A DNA stretch of 31,785 nt from a virus. Lineage: Duplodnaviria > Caudoviricetes. Position numbers and translations under genes: made by a program. The notes under the pieces were generated by a model. It was not told the origin of the DNA, ran no database searches, and saw only the letters and a program-made list of their open reading frames with translations. Shown here in pieces: positions 14,873 through 24,925 of this stretch (positions are counted from its first letter, which is position 1; every line of letters starts with the position of its first letter). Location: positions 1-31,785 of the IMG/VR virus record IMGVR_UViG_3300035235_000031; one strand, 5' to 3'.

Positions 14873-14888
14873 ATTAACTGGAGTTAAT
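14873..14888. promoter_or_regulatory. Palindromic box copy 4 (contains SD of SSB gene)
   Basis: ATTAACTGGAGTTAAT directly followed by ATG 14889. Confidence 0.85.
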
Positions 14889-15329
14889 ATGAGCGAAGCA
14901 AACATCAACATTAAATGCCAACTGTTCTGGCCTAACCTTACCCACAAGAATGAGCTGGCTAATAAGTACACAGTAGACCTAGCTCTTTTGTCAGACGAGG
15001 CAGTAACAGCACTCGAAGACATGGGTGTCAACGTAAACAACAAGGGTGACGACCGTGGTTACTACATCACCTGTAAGTCTAAGAACAAGTACCGTGCATT
15101 CAACCCAGACGGTAGTGAGTTAATGATCAAAGGTCGTACTCCTACTAGTGAAGACGATGATCCTGAGATGGGTGTTGTCGTTGCTAACGGGTCAGAAGCT
15201 AAGTGCCTCGTTACTTACTATGACTGGGAGTACATGAAGAAGAAGGGCCGTTCACCTTCACTTCGACGTATGGTTATCTCTAACGTCGTAGAGTATGCAC
15301 CTGACTTTGATCTTGAGGAAGCTGTGTGA
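14889..15329 (+). CDS. Putative ssDNA-binding protein (T7 gp2.5-like)
   Basis: Located between polymerase and exonuclease. WPxL..KYTVDL, VANGSEA (cf. IGNGS), acidic C-terminus. Confidence 0.7.
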   Translation: MSEANINIKCQLFWPNLTHKNELANKYTVDLALLSDEAVTALEDMGVNVNNKGDDRGYYITCKSKNKYRAFNPDGSELMIKGRTPTSEDDDPEMGVVVANGSEAKCLVTYYDWEYMKKKGRSPSLRRMVISNVVEYAPDFDLEEAV

Positions 15330-16015
15330 TACTCATCGACGGTGACATGCTTGTATATCGTGTTGGCTTTGCCTGTGACGAGGAGCCAGAGAGAATAGCA
15401 ATCCAGACTATGGCTAACTATATCTCTGAGCTGATCTCTGATCTGTCTGAGCATTACGACAACCACAAGCTGTACCTTACCGGAAGCAGTAACTTCAGAA
15501 ATGAGGTTGCTGTTTCTCAACCCTACAAAGGTAGCCGTCCCGTACGTAAACCCGTACACAAGAACGCACTCCGTGAGTACATGCTAGATGCATGGAAAGC
15601 GGACCTCTCTGTTAACATGGAAGCCGATGACTGCATAGCTATCAAGTCTACTGAGTTAGAACATAAATCTATTATCTGTTCTCTCGACAAAGACTTCTTG
15701 CAGATACCCACAAAGATATATGACTACACCAAGAAGATCATGAAGGAAGTTGATGAACGCTCTGCTACAGAGTGGCTGTATCGTCAAGCCTTGATGGGCG
15801 ACAGGGTAGACAACATCCCCGGTATACATGGAGTAGGACCAAAGAAAGCAGAGAAGGCGCTACAGGACTGGACAACAGAGAGGGAGCTGTACGAGCGATG
15901 TCTTAAGTTATACGAGGACAACGAACTTGACGCTGATCGACTCTATGAAAGCCTTCAGCTTCTATACCTTCTTAGATCTGCTGACGACAAGTATAGGATT
16001 CCTGATGAAGTTTGA
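15326..16015 (+). CDS. 5'-3' exonuclease (T7 gp6/FEN-like)
   Basis: LIDGD, NFR, YKGSR, EADD, DKD and GDxxDNIPGIxGVGPKKA motifs. Confidence 0.93.
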   Translation: MILIDGDMLVYRVGFACDEEPERIAIQTMANYISELISDLSEHYDNHKLYLTGSSNFRNEVAVSQPYKGSRPVRKPVHKNALREYMLDAWKADLSVNMEADDCIAIKSTELEHKSIICSLDKDFLQIPTKIYDYTKKIMKEVDERSATEWLYRQALMGDRVDNIPGIHGVGPKKAEKALQDWTTERELYERCLKLYEDNELDADRLYESLQLLYLLRSADDKYRIPDEV

Positions 16016-16379
16016 TAGTAATCTAGAGAAGAAGCTCTATGCTGAGATGAAGAGTTGTACATATCATCCTGTTGAGAGGATCAGCTACATCATACCTAAG
16101 ATGTACGAACCTGACTTCTGTTACAACAACGCAGGATGGGTGACTTACATCGAAGCAAAAGGCAGATTCAGAACTAGAGAAGAAGCGCGTAAGTACGTAG
16201 AAGTACGTAAGGCACTAGGTAAATATGAAGATCTTGTGTTTATATTTCAGAATCCTAATACACCAATGCCGGGATCAAGACGACGTAAAGATGGTACTCG
16301 TTACCGTATGAGAGACTGGGCAGACAAGAACGGGTTTGATTGGTACACACCAAGTACCTTACCCAAGGAGTGGCTATGA
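16005..16379 (+). CDS. Endonuclease I-like Holliday junction resolvase (T7 gp3-like)
   Basis: F.S.LE, YxPDF, IEAKG and WADKNGF motifs. Start moved to ATG 16005. Confidence 0.85.
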   Translation: MKFDSNLEKKLYAEMKSCTYHPVERISYIIPKMYEPDFCYNNAGWVTYIEAKGRFRTREEARKYVEVRKALGKYEDLVFIFQNPNTPMPGSRRRKDGTRYRMRDWADKNGFDWYTPSTLPKEWL

Positions 16380-17134
16380 CTAGGCATCTAGTAATACCAG
16401 ACACACAAGTAAAACCTGACAGTAACTTTGACCACATGTACTGGGCAGGACGCTATGCGGCGGCAACTAAGCCTGACGTTATCATCCATCTGGGGGATCA
16501 CTGGGACATGCCAAGTCTCAGTAGCTATGACGTAGGTAAGAAGTCGTTCGAGGGTAGACGTTATGTCAACGACATCGAGGCAGGTAACGAAGCAATGGCT
16601 AGGTTCCTAGAACCAATAGAGGCAGAGCGTAAGCGTCTACGACAGGGCAAGCGACGACTGTGGAAGCCTCGAATGGTGTTCCTGCTAGGCAACCACGAGC
16701 ACAGGATAGAACGTGCTATCGAGTCTGACTCTAAGCTAGAAGGTCTTATGTCTTACAAGGACTTTCACTTAGGTAGCTGGGAAGTTGTTCCGTTCTTACA
16801 GCCCATCATCATTGACGGAGTAGCCTACTGCCACTACTTTACTAGCGGTGTTATGGGTCGTCCTGTTTCTTCTGCAAAGTTAATGCTACAGAAGAAGTTT
16901 ATGTCCTGTATAATGGGACACGTTCAAGATAGAGACATAGCTTATGCAAGAAAAGGAGATGGAAATAGTATCACTGGTTTGTTTGCTGGCATTTTTTATA
17001 CTCATTCTGAGGATTATCTAAACCCTCAAACGAACGGAAGCTGGTCAGGTATATGGATGCTCAATGAAGTAAACAACGGATCGTTCGATGAGCTACCTAT
17101 TAGTATTAACTATCTCAGGAGAAAGTATGGATGA
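16376..17134 (+). CDS. Calcineurin-like metallophosphoesterase
   Basis: PDTQ, GDHWD, GNHE and GH motifs. AGGAG SD and ATGA overlap. Confidence 0.85.
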   Translation: MTRHLVIPDTQVKPDSNFDHMYWAGRYAAATKPDVIIHLGDHWDMPSLSSYDVGKKSFEGRRYVNDIEAGNEAMARFLEPIEAERKRLRQGKRRLWKPRMVFLLGNHEHRIERAIESDSKLEGLMSYKDFHLGSWEVVPFLQPIIIDGVAYCHYFTSGVMGRPVSSAKLMLQKKFMSCIMGHVQDRDIAYARKGDGNSITGLFAGIFYTHSEDYLNPQTNGSWSGIWMLNEVNNGSFDELPISINYLRRKYG

Positions 17135-17280
17135 CGTTCGACGAGCTGTTAGAACACGTTGCCGAACATTACGATGAGGTAACAATCATGGAGGCACTTG
17201 AAATCACAGCAGAAGATTTAGTAGAAAAGTTTGCTGATAGAGTGCTAGAGAAAGTCTACAAGTTTAAGGAGATGGAATGA
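17131..17280 (+). CDS. 49-aa acidic helical protein; not in ORF track
   Basis: MTFDELLEHVAEHYDEVTIMEALEITAEDLVEKFADRVLEKVYKFKEME*. ATGA overlaps at both ends; AGGAG SD. Confidence 0.8.
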   Translation: MTFDELLEHVAEHYDEVTIMEALEITAEDLVEKFADRVLEKVYKFKEME

Positions 17281-17540
17281 GTATTGACAATATAACTCCT
17301 GCTGAATGGGACAAGCTTAGGGAAGTACCTGATCCTGTGACTAAGCCCGACCATTACAACAAAGGCACGATAGAAGCTATCGAAGCAATCAAAGCATCTA
17401 TGCCAGAGCATGAGTTTAATGGTTATCTTAAGGGCAATGCTCTTAAATACTTATGGCGATATGACTACAAAGGGAAACCTGTTGAGGACTTACGTAAGTG
17501 TAAGTGGTATATTGAACGACTAATTAAGGAAATGAATTGA
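17277..17540 (+). CDS. DUF3310 family protein (T7 gp1.7-like)
   Basis: VxxPxHY..G.IEAI, GYLKGNALKYLWR..KG...EDLRK..WY. Confidence 0.85.
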   Translation: MSIDNITPAEWDKLREVPDPVTKPDHYNKGTIEAIEAIKASMPEHEFNGYLKGNALKYLWRYDYKGKPVEDLRKCKWYIERLIKEMN

Positions 17541-19411
17541 TGGATGCATATCAGCAGTACATACACAAGTCACGCTATGCTCGTTACCTACCAGAGCAAC
17601 AACGTCGTGAGACTTGGGAAGAAACAATCGACCGGTACCTAAACTTCTGGATTGAGAAAGGCAAGCTAACACTCGAAGAAGCTAATGGTATCTTCAAAGA
17701 CATTCACGACATGGATGTTATGCCCAGCATGAGAGCATTGATGACTGCTGGTGAGGCTCTTGACCGTGACAACGTAGCTGGTTTCAACTGTAGCTACCTA
17801 CCTATTGACCACCCTAAAGCGTTTGACGAGATGATGTATGTCCTAATGTGCGGCACAGGCGTAGGATACAGCGTTGAACGTCAGTACGTTAGCAAGCTAC
17901 CTGAAGTAGCAGAGGAATTCCATGATACCGATACCGTTATACATGTCGCCGACAGCAAAATTGGATGGGCTAAAGCTTACAGGGAACTTATTAGCTTGTT
18001 GTATTCAGGCCAACTTCCAAAATGGGACGTGTCTGGAGTACGACTTGCAGGGGCATCCCTTAAGACCTTCGGAGGTAGAGCATCTGGTCCAGAGCCTCTT
18101 GTCGATTTGTTCAACTTCACAGTCAGCGTCTTTCGGGAGGCTGCTGGACGTAAACTTAGCTCCATCGAATGTCATGATCTCTGCTGTAAGATTGCACAGA
18201 TCGTCGTCGTCGGAGGTGTACGCAGGTCCGCTCTCATCAGTCTGTCTAACCTCACTGACGATAGACTCCGAAGATGCAAGTCAGGCCAGTGGTGGAACGA
18301 CAATCCTCAACGCGGACTAGCAAACAACAGTGCTTGCTATACAGAGAAGCCAGACTTCGAGGCATTTTTAAATGAGTGGAAAAGTTTATACGAGTCCCGT
18401 TCAGGAGAGCGAGGTATGTTCTCTAGAGTCGCAAGTCAAAAGCAAGCTGCAAAGAACGACCGACGAGATGCTACCTATGATTTTGGAACTAATCCATGTA
18501 GCGAAATCATCTTACGGCCTAACCAATTCTGCAATCTATCAGAGGTTGTTGTCAGGTCAACAGATACGCTCTCAGACCTCAAACGAAAAGTACGTACTGC
18601 GTCTATCCTTGGAACTCTACAGGCTACCCTAACTGACTTCCGTTACCTACGTAAGGTATGGCAAAAGAATACAGAGGAAGAAGCATTACTAGGAGTATCA
18701 TTAACAGGGATCATGGATCATCCGACACTGTCGGGAAGGAAGGATAAAGGTGTACTTAAAACATGGCTTACTGAGTTACGTGAAGAAGCTATCGCTACGA
18801 ATAAATCATGGGCTGACAGACTGGCTATTAATATTTCTACTGCTATTACCGCCGTTAAGCCTAGCGGTACTGTGTCTCAACTGGTTGATTCTGCTAGCGG
18901 GATACACCCTCGATATGCGGATCAGTACATTAGAAGAGTACGAGCAGACGCAAGAGACCCTTTGTGCTCCGTCCTTGAAGAAGCAGGAATCCCCGTAGAA
19001 GACGATGTAATGTCACCCTCTACCAAGGTATTCTCCTTCCCTATAAAGTCTCCTGACGGGGCTGTGGTGGCCTCTGAGATGGGTGCTATGGAGCAGTTAG
19101 AACTATGGGAGATATATCAGGACTACTGGTGTGAACATAAACCATCAATGACGTGCTACTATCGTGATGATGAGTTCCTTGAGGTAGGTCAGTGGTTGTA
19201 TAACAAGTTCGATAAGATAAGCGGTGTTAGTTTTCTGCCTTATTCCGAACACACATACCAACAGGCTCCTTATGAACCCATCGACGTAGAGACCTATGAG
19301 AAGCTGAAGGAGGAATTCCCAGAGACGATTGATTGGAACATCTCTGAGAACTCTGACATGACGGAAGGGTCTCAGCAGTTAGCTTGTACGGGCAATAACT
19401 GCGAGCTGTAA
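17540..19411 (+). CDS. nrdJ: Class II adenosylcobalamin-dependent ribonucleotide reductase
   Basis: SRYAR, PSMR, FNC, GGVRRSA, catalytic NPCSEI, TAVKPSGT and C-terminal CxxxxC. No beta subunit gene adjacent. Confidence 0.92.
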   Translation: MDAYQQYIHKSRYARYLPEQQRRETWEETIDRYLNFWIEKGKLTLEEANGIFKDIHDMDVMPSMRALMTAGEALDRDNVAGFNCSYLPIDHPKAFDEMMYVLMCGTGVGYSVERQYVSKLPEVAEEFHDTDTVIHVADSKIGWAKAYRELISLLYSGQLPKWDVSGVRLAGASLKTFGGRASGPEPLVDLFNFTVSVFREAAGRKLSSIECHDLCCKIAQIVVVGGVRRSALISLSNLTDDRLRRCKSGQWWNDNPQRGLANNSACYTEKPDFEAFLNEWKSLYESRSGERGMFSRVASQKQAAKNDRRDATYDFGTNPCSEIILRPNQFCNLSEVVVRSTDTLSDLKRKVRTASILGTLQATLTDFRYLRKVWQKNTEEEALLGVSLTGIMDHPTLSGRKDKGVLKTWLTELREEAIATNKSWADRLAINISTAITAVKPSGTVSQLVDSASGIHPRYADQYIRRVRADARDPLCSVLEEAGIPVEDDVMSPSTKVFSFPIKSPDGAVVASEMGAMEQLELWEIYQDYWCEHKPSMTCYYRDDEFLEVGQWLYNKFDKISGVSFLPYSEHTYQQAPYEPIDVETYEKLKEEFPETIDWNISENSDMTEGSQQLACTGNNCEL

Positions 19412-19416
19412 ACTAC

Positions 19417-19437
19417 AGGGGCTTCGGCCCCTTTTTT
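19417..19437 (+). terminator. Rho-independent terminator at the convergence of the two arms
   Basis: AGGGGC-TTCG-GCCCCT followed by a T-run. Confidence 0.88.
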
Positions 19438-21745
19438 AATAAGTCTGATCCATAAATTCTTTAGCGTCTTGTAGACCTTTCTGCCTAATCTTCTGGTTAA
19501 ACTTTCTAGCCTCAAGACTACGCAACCAGTTAGGACCAAAACGCTTAGTGCCTTCTTGAATAAACTTACCGTAAAGCTGTTTGTTTCTTCCGGGATGTAT
19601 AGAACGAGAAGCATAATCTTGTATTAATACTCTCTGCCTAGAAGCTCCTAACTCTTTACCAGCTAACTTATAATTACCCGACTCAACTAACGCACCAAGC
19701 ACAGCGTTCTGATAAGGAGCAGATAACTCTCTAAGTAAAGACAACTCTTTACCGTCAAGTTTTACTCCTATAAACTGACTGTCAATAACAGGTATGTTAG
19801 CTTCTTTTTTATATATTTCTATCTGCACTTGTGATTGATTAGTAGGGACAAAGTTCATCTTTGTAATTATCTCAAAAAGATTCTGACCCATGTCTACGCC
19901 CTCAAGTTGAGGAGTATCTACTGGAAGGGTTTCTCTTAAGCCCGGCACACGTTGTATAAACTTTTCATAAGCAGTTTTAGATATACGCTCTTCTTCATCT
20001 AGTATCCGTGCTAAGTCTGAAACACCAGTAGGAATAAAACCTTTACCTATGTCAACACCAGAAGCAATAGCTCCTTCAACTAAACTTTTGTTAGAGTACC
20101 TAAAGTTATCTAAGAATCGTATACCAGACTCAAGCACTGTTTTATTTAACGAAGCATTAAGAAGGCCGCCTACCATCTCATCAATCATATCTATTACTGG
20201 TGTTTCATTAGGATCTTTAAAATCTCTTTCTCTAAATATAGCCTCAGCCGTGTCTACGTAAAGTCCAAGGAAAGTACCTATAGGTTCAATACGGTCAAAA
20301 GGAACATACACATCACCAACAAGAACAGACCTTTCAGGAATACCTGCCTGTTGCCATCTGCGTCTTTCCTCTAAGTCTTTAGGAGTTCCGGTAATAAAAG
20401 GAAGACCCTCTTCACTTTGAGTTGCAAACAACGTACCAATGCTCATCATAAATGCACTGCCTACCGCTACCTTAGCTAAGTAGTCATCTTCATAACCTTC
20501 TACTGTAACTACCTTATTGTCTCTCATTTTCTTTTTTAATACTTTAGCTCTAAAGAAAGGAATTAAGCCAAGAGGAGTATAAGACATACCGTCCATTACA
20601 ATATTATATGGGGTTTTAGCAAAAGGAAAAGCAACACTAGCCGCCACCCCTGCAATATTCTCACCTATGGAATACTCTGGACCCATACGTCCTTTAGCCC
20701 TACCTAGTGCATTAACTGCTCGAGGAACTAAAGCTAATGGGTGAGGTTCTGTAGGAAGCCTTCTTTGATAACTTAAACCTAAAGCAAACTCCCTAAAATC
20801 TTCATAAGGTATGTCTTCTTCAGTAAACAAATCTTTAAAAAACTCATTACTCTTTTTTTCTAATGCGGCAGTAGCACCACGAACAGCTTTAAAATTAGAA
20901 GTAGCTTCTAAGTTTTTTGCTAAACCAATTTCTCCTTGGTAACGTGCGTTGTGAGCATTCATAACATCAGCAAAGTACTCAGCCTGTAGTTCATTAACAG
21001 GGCGGCCTGTAGCTTTAGCGTCTTTAACTGCTTGCTTACGTGCCATTTCAGAAACTTTAATTGTTCTAAAAAATACTTTAGCCGCTTCGTCAATAGCAAC
21101 AGCCCCTCGTTGAGGAAGAGTAATCCACCTAAGACTATCAGGGACTCGTTGGTTAGCCATAAATTCTATGTCAGAAAAAAAACGAATAGCTTCTTGATCT
21201 GTAAGATTAATAGAATCAACAAACGCTTTTATGTCTGCTTCAGTAATGTTATCGTCTGTAGCAGCCCACGAACGAATATAAGCTTCTTTAGCTTTTTCTT
21301 TTAATTTTTCTGAGGTTAGTCCAGCTCGTTTAGCTACAACTTTAATATCAGTTTCTACATCTGAAGCAATACCTGTCTTCATAGCAGACTTAAAATACCT
21401 AAGCATGTTAGTAGCTAATTGCGCGTCTTTACCTAATATAGCAGAATAAGCAGCGTAAGTATTTACTGCCCCGTTACGTATCATAGATCTTGGGACGTAT
21501 AAAAGACCCTGCGCCATAGCAGATCCTATATTTCCCATAAACATCCCAGTAGAGAAAAGAAGAGAGTTACTATGAGCAGACGCTATTATAGTACCAAAGT
21601 TAAAATTCTTAGATCCTCCATCGTTAAGTAGTTGGCGCACAACTTCAGGACGTATAGAATCAAACTCTTCCGGCATAGAGTCAACAGCAGCAAGAAGCTT
21701 GTTAACGCTTTCTTCACACTCTTTTGATATAACTTTTCTAGCCAC
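19436..21745 (-). CDS. Internal virion (ejection) protein, ~769 aa
   Basis: Last gene of the structural arm. PFAKTPYNI, ITG..P and DRIEPIG motifs typical of podovirus large internal proteins. GTG start at 21745 behind GGAG. Confidence 0.7.
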   Translation of the reverse strand: MARKVISKECEESVNKLLAAVDSMPEEFDSIRPEVVRQLLNDGGSKNFNFGTIIASAHSNSLLFSTGMFMGNIGSAMAQGLLYVPRSMIRNGAVNTYAAYSAILGKDAQLATNMLRYFKSAMKTGIASDVETDIKVVAKRAGLTSEKLKEKAKEAYIRSWAATDDNITEADIKAFVDSINLTDQEAIRFFSDIEFMANQRVPDSLRWITLPQRGAVAIDEAAKVFFRTIKVSEMARKQAVKDAKATGRPVNELQAEYFADVMNAHNARYQGEIGLAKNLEATSNFKAVRGATAALEKKSNEFFKDLFTEEDIPYEDFREFALGLSYQRRLPTEPHPLALVPRAVNALGRAKGRMGPEYSIGENIAGVAASVAFPFAKTPYNIVMDGMSYTPLGLIPFFRAKVLKKKMRDNKVVTVEGYEDDYLAKVAVGSAFMMSIGTLFATQSEEGLPFITGTPKDLEERRRWQQAGIPERSVLVGDVYVPFDRIEPIGTFLGLYVDTAEAIFRERDFKDPNETPVIDMIDEMVGGLLNASLNKTVLESGIRFLDNFRYSNKSLVEGAIASGVDIGKGFIPTGVSDLARILDEEERISKTAYEKFIQRVPGLRETLPVDTPQLEGVDMGQNLFEIITKMNFVPTNQSQVQIEIYKKEANIPVIDSQFIGVKLDGKELSLLRELSAPYQNAVLGALVESGNYKLAGKELGASRQRVLIQDYASRSIHPGRNKQLYGKFIQEGTKRFGPNWLRSLEARKFNQKIRQKGLQDAKEFMDQTY

Positions 21746-23909
21746 ACTTAACTCCAAATAGGTTAGTGATCAGTTGATTGCGGTTAACACGACGTGTGTT
21801 GTCTGCTACAAAGCGCTTAGTCTTTTTAGCTTGACTTAATATATGCGATGCGGCACGACCGTTAGTACGTTGCAACTCTGCAATGTAATTGTTAAAGTAC
21901 AGATCCTCTACTAACTTAACCATCTCAGCACTATCAGCTTGACCGTCTTGCTTAAGCTTACGCATCTGTTTAAGTGTTTGGTCTACTCTGTTATTAGCTT
22001 CAATAAACAAAGGACGCAGTGCTTCCATTTCTTCTGGTCTAAATATTCTACCGTCTTGATCCATTATAAAGTCTACAAGTGTATCATAGTCCCTACCGAT
22101 TGGACCTGCTTTCAATCTAGCAGCAGCCTGCTCTACGTTGTCGTATGTAAACTTACGCTCAGAAATAGTAGGAAGATTTTCTATAGCCCAGTCAACGTCT
22201 TCATCTTTAAAGCCTAGCTGTCTAGCTTCTTGTCGCTGCTTTTGTTCTGTTGATGCGGCAAGTAACGTAGCACGACGACCTACTTCTTCTTGAGTCATTT
22301 CTGCTTGTCTACCTGTATCTCTACCAACAGGCATATCTTTTCTATCTCTAGCAGTAGAAGGAGGCATCTCACCTGCTTTCTGTGCTAGTGGTTGATTAAT
22401 GCCTTCTGATACTTCTTGTGCATACTGTACCGCAGGACGTACACCAGCAGACGACGCACTAGGAGGAGCATCTAACCCTAACCGTGGAGCAGCGTCGTCA
22501 GAGTTAAGAATGTAATTTAACTTGTTTGCTGCATCAGTAACAGGATCACCAGTTTTTTTAGGTGGCTCTAGCTTTACTTTAATTTCAGCACTGGTAGGAT
22601 TATTTAACTCTAACCTGTTTTTCTTGTTGACAATCTGCAAAGGATTATCGTAGCCTACTCCTGATATAGTAACAACGTATCCACCATTAGGAGAGTAGTC
22701 TAAACCAGTAAGAGTATCTATTTCTTCTAGTAGTTCTTCTTCCTTACGTTCGGCACGAGCTTGCCTAGCCTTAGCACCAGCCTGTCCGGGTTGTAACTCT
22801 GCTTTACGACGCACTAGTCTGTCTAACTGGTTTTCTAAAGTAACAACCTTTTCTTTAACTACAGCGGCTTGTTCGTTAGATTTATTTAATTCTTTCTGTC
22901 TAGTAGTTCGTAAATTTTCTATCTGCTTTTCAATAGGCTTACGTTTCTTACGTCCTACTGCATTTGCTTTTTGTTCAAGATCTGCAATCTGTTGATCTAT
23001 GTTTTGAACTTTAAGTGTAGCAGGAGTAGAACGAGTAACTTGAGGTGTAGGCTCTACAACAGAAGTAGTTACAGGAGTCTCTACAGGTCTGTTCATACGA
23101 GGCTTAAAGTCTTGACCGGCAAGTGCTTTAGGCTGTAAAGATACAGGCTGTGGTGCAAGCTCTGGTTTTGTTTCAGTCGGACGTAACGGTGGAGTAGCAA
23201 GAGCCCCTGCAGTACCAACGCCAGCGCCTAGTCCAGCACCTATGCTAGCACCATAAATAGTGTTCATTAAACGACTGTCGCCAAACTCTTCGTATACAGG
23301 AATAAGAGCACCCTGAGCAGCACCCTCTGCACCACCTCCAGCAGTAATACCTAAAGCAGTAGCCACTCTAGGAGCGTTAGGTAGAAGTTTAGTAGCGCCT
23401 GCTACACCTAATTTAGCGCCAGTACCGCCAATAGCTAAACCAACAGGATCATATACAGCACCTGTCAACATACCTGAGAAGTAATCTTCAGGTGCTCTGG
23501 CTAGTTCTACTCTAGTCTCAAACTCTTCTTCTAAAGACTTCTTAGGTACTATGCCAAGACCACGAAGAGAATCCCCCATACCGTCTTTAAAGCCAGACAT
23601 AGAAGCTTTATTGATTCGTTGATAGCCCATACCAGCAGGAGCAAACGCTGCTAACTCTGTTGCTTGTTCAGACGTAAGACCACTAAAGCCAGCCTCTTCA
23701 GGACCAAGCTCTTTAGCCCTGCGCTGGACAGCTTCGTTCATCAGAGTAGCACGAACTTGCTCTGGTATTTCATTAGTAGGGGTATCCCCAAAGATCACTA
23801 ACAGATCATCTACAGGTATTTGATCAATAGGCGTATTGCCGTATTTCTCTAATAGTTTTTCTACTGTAGGTGTTTGCTTAGTGTCTTCTTTAACAGCAAG
23901 CTGTACCAT
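21738..23909 (-). CDS. Internal virion protein (723 aa)
   Basis: Gly/Ala-rich hydrophobic segments plus coiled coils; position among ejection genes. Confidence 0.65.
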   Translation of the reverse strand: MVQLAVKEDTKQTPTVEKLLEKYGNTPIDQIPVDDLLVIFGDTPTNEIPEQVRATLMNEAVQRRAKELGPEEAGFSGLTSEQATELAAFAPAGMGYQRINKASMSGFKDGMGDSLRGLGIVPKKSLEEEFETRVELARAPEDYFSGMLTGAVYDPVGLAIGGTGAKLGVAGATKLLPNAPRVATALGITAGGGAEGAAQGALIPVYEEFGDSRLMNTIYGASIGAGLGAGVGTAGALATPPLRPTETKPELAPQPVSLQPKALAGQDFKPRMNRPVETPVTTSVVEPTPQVTRSTPATLKVQNIDQQIADLEQKANAVGRKKRKPIEKQIENLRTTRQKELNKSNEQAAVVKEKVVTLENQLDRLVRRKAELQPGQAGAKARQARAERKEEELLEEIDTLTGLDYSPNGGYVVTISGVGYDNPLQIVNKKNRLELNNPTSAEIKVKLEPPKKTGDPVTDAANKLNYILNSDDAAPRLGLDAPPSASSAGVRPAVQYAQEVSEGINQPLAQKAGEMPPSTARDRKDMPVGRDTGRQAEMTQEEVGRRATLLAASTEQKQRQEARQLGFKDEDVDWAIENLPTISERKFTYDNVEQAAARLKAGPIGRDYDTLVDFIMDQDGRIFRPEEMEALRPLFIEANNRVDQTLKQMRKLKQDGQADSAEMVKLVEDLYFNNYIAELQRTNGRAASHILSQAKKTKRFVADNTRRVNRNQLITNLFGVKCG

Positions 23910-23911
23910 TA

Positions 23912-24922
23912 TTAACCACCCATTAATTGATTAAGAGTAGGAACTGTACTTGTACTTGTAGGTGTAAATGGTGAAACATCTCTTTCAGGAACTTTTCGAG
24001 GAGACCATACATATTCAAAATCTTGACCTATCGCAGATGTCGCAGTATCGTTTAACATGTTTATGATTCTATCAGGTACGTTACCGTCTTTATCTAGGTA
24101 AATTTCTAACTTAGTAGGCTTTTTAGTAGGAGCCGGACCAAAAGAAAACTCATCTTGTTTACCTTGATAAGTAACTAATAAAGTACGCTTACGTTCTGCC
24201 TTAGCTTCTTTAGTTTTAGACAACTGATTAGCTTCTGCTCTAGCTACTTCTGACGCTGCTTTACTACCAAATGCTTTTACGGCAAGATCAATAGCTTGTT
24301 GTCTGTTACCGTCAGCTATAGTATTTTTATTTAACCACTTAGCCCATTCTCTTGCTTCTTCTACGTCAGCATCATCATCGAGTTGTTTTATAATCTGCGC
24401 CTGAGTAAGACCACGATATTCTTCCTTTTTATCTTCTGGTACATACTTGTTAAAAAATGTTTCAAACTGTTCTTTAGTAGATTCTGTTGCCTTACGACTA
24501 CGAACAGACTGCAATTGATTTTCTACAGCAGTAACATCACGACCTGCCGCAGTAGCTAAACCTCGTATCTCTTGCTCAAGTTTATTAATTCGGTCAGGAT
24601 CTGTTTCTTGTATATACTCTTGATACTTTGTATTTAGTTGTGCAACAGCTTCCTTTTTTGCTTTTTCCGCTGATGCTTGTTGAGCAACAGTTAACTGTTG
24701 TTGAGCAGCATTAATTTGCTGAGGTGTTTGAGCTGTCTGCATAGCAAACTGAGCACGTTGTTCAGGAGTCATAGAACGTAATGCTTGCATCTGTTGCTGT
24801 TGTACTTTTTGTTGTTGTAGCTGCCCCGGTAACTGTCCTGCTTTTTCTGCGGCAGTAAACAGTCCTTGCTGATACGAAGGTTGGAGCAGACCTTGTAAAA
24901 ATGTTTGTGAAAACTTAGCCAT
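23912..24922 (-). CDS. Internal virion protein (336 aa, Q-rich)
   Basis: Q/A-rich helical N-terminus; position. Confidence 0.6.
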   Translation of the reverse strand: MAKFSQTFLQGLLQPSYQQGLFTAAEKAGQLPGQLQQQKVQQQQMQALRSMTPEQRAQFAMQTAQTPQQINAAQQQLTVAQQASAEKAKKEAVAQLNTKYQEYIQETDPDRINKLEQEIRGLATAAGRDVTAVENQLQSVRSRKATESTKEQFETFFNKYVPEDKKEEYRGLTQAQIIKQLDDDADVEEAREWAKWLNKNTIADGNRQQAIDLAVKAFGSKAASEVARAEANQLSKTKEAKAERKRTLLVTYQGKQDEFSFGPAPTKKPTKLEIYLDKDGNVPDRIINMLNDTATSAIGQDFEYVWSPRKVPERDVSPFTPTSTSTVPTLNQLMGG

Positions 24923-24925
24923 GAT

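Noticed and set aside
19410-19437. Fully bidirectional terminator
   Set aside because: The minus-strand side has only a weak U-tract (UGUAGUUU), so only + strand termination is supported.
21738-21757. Programmed frameshift fusing the two large internal virion genes, and GGAGTTAA as a fifth box
   Set aside because: No slippery heptamer; GGAG plus GTG explains independent initiation; the left arm of the palindrome is missing.
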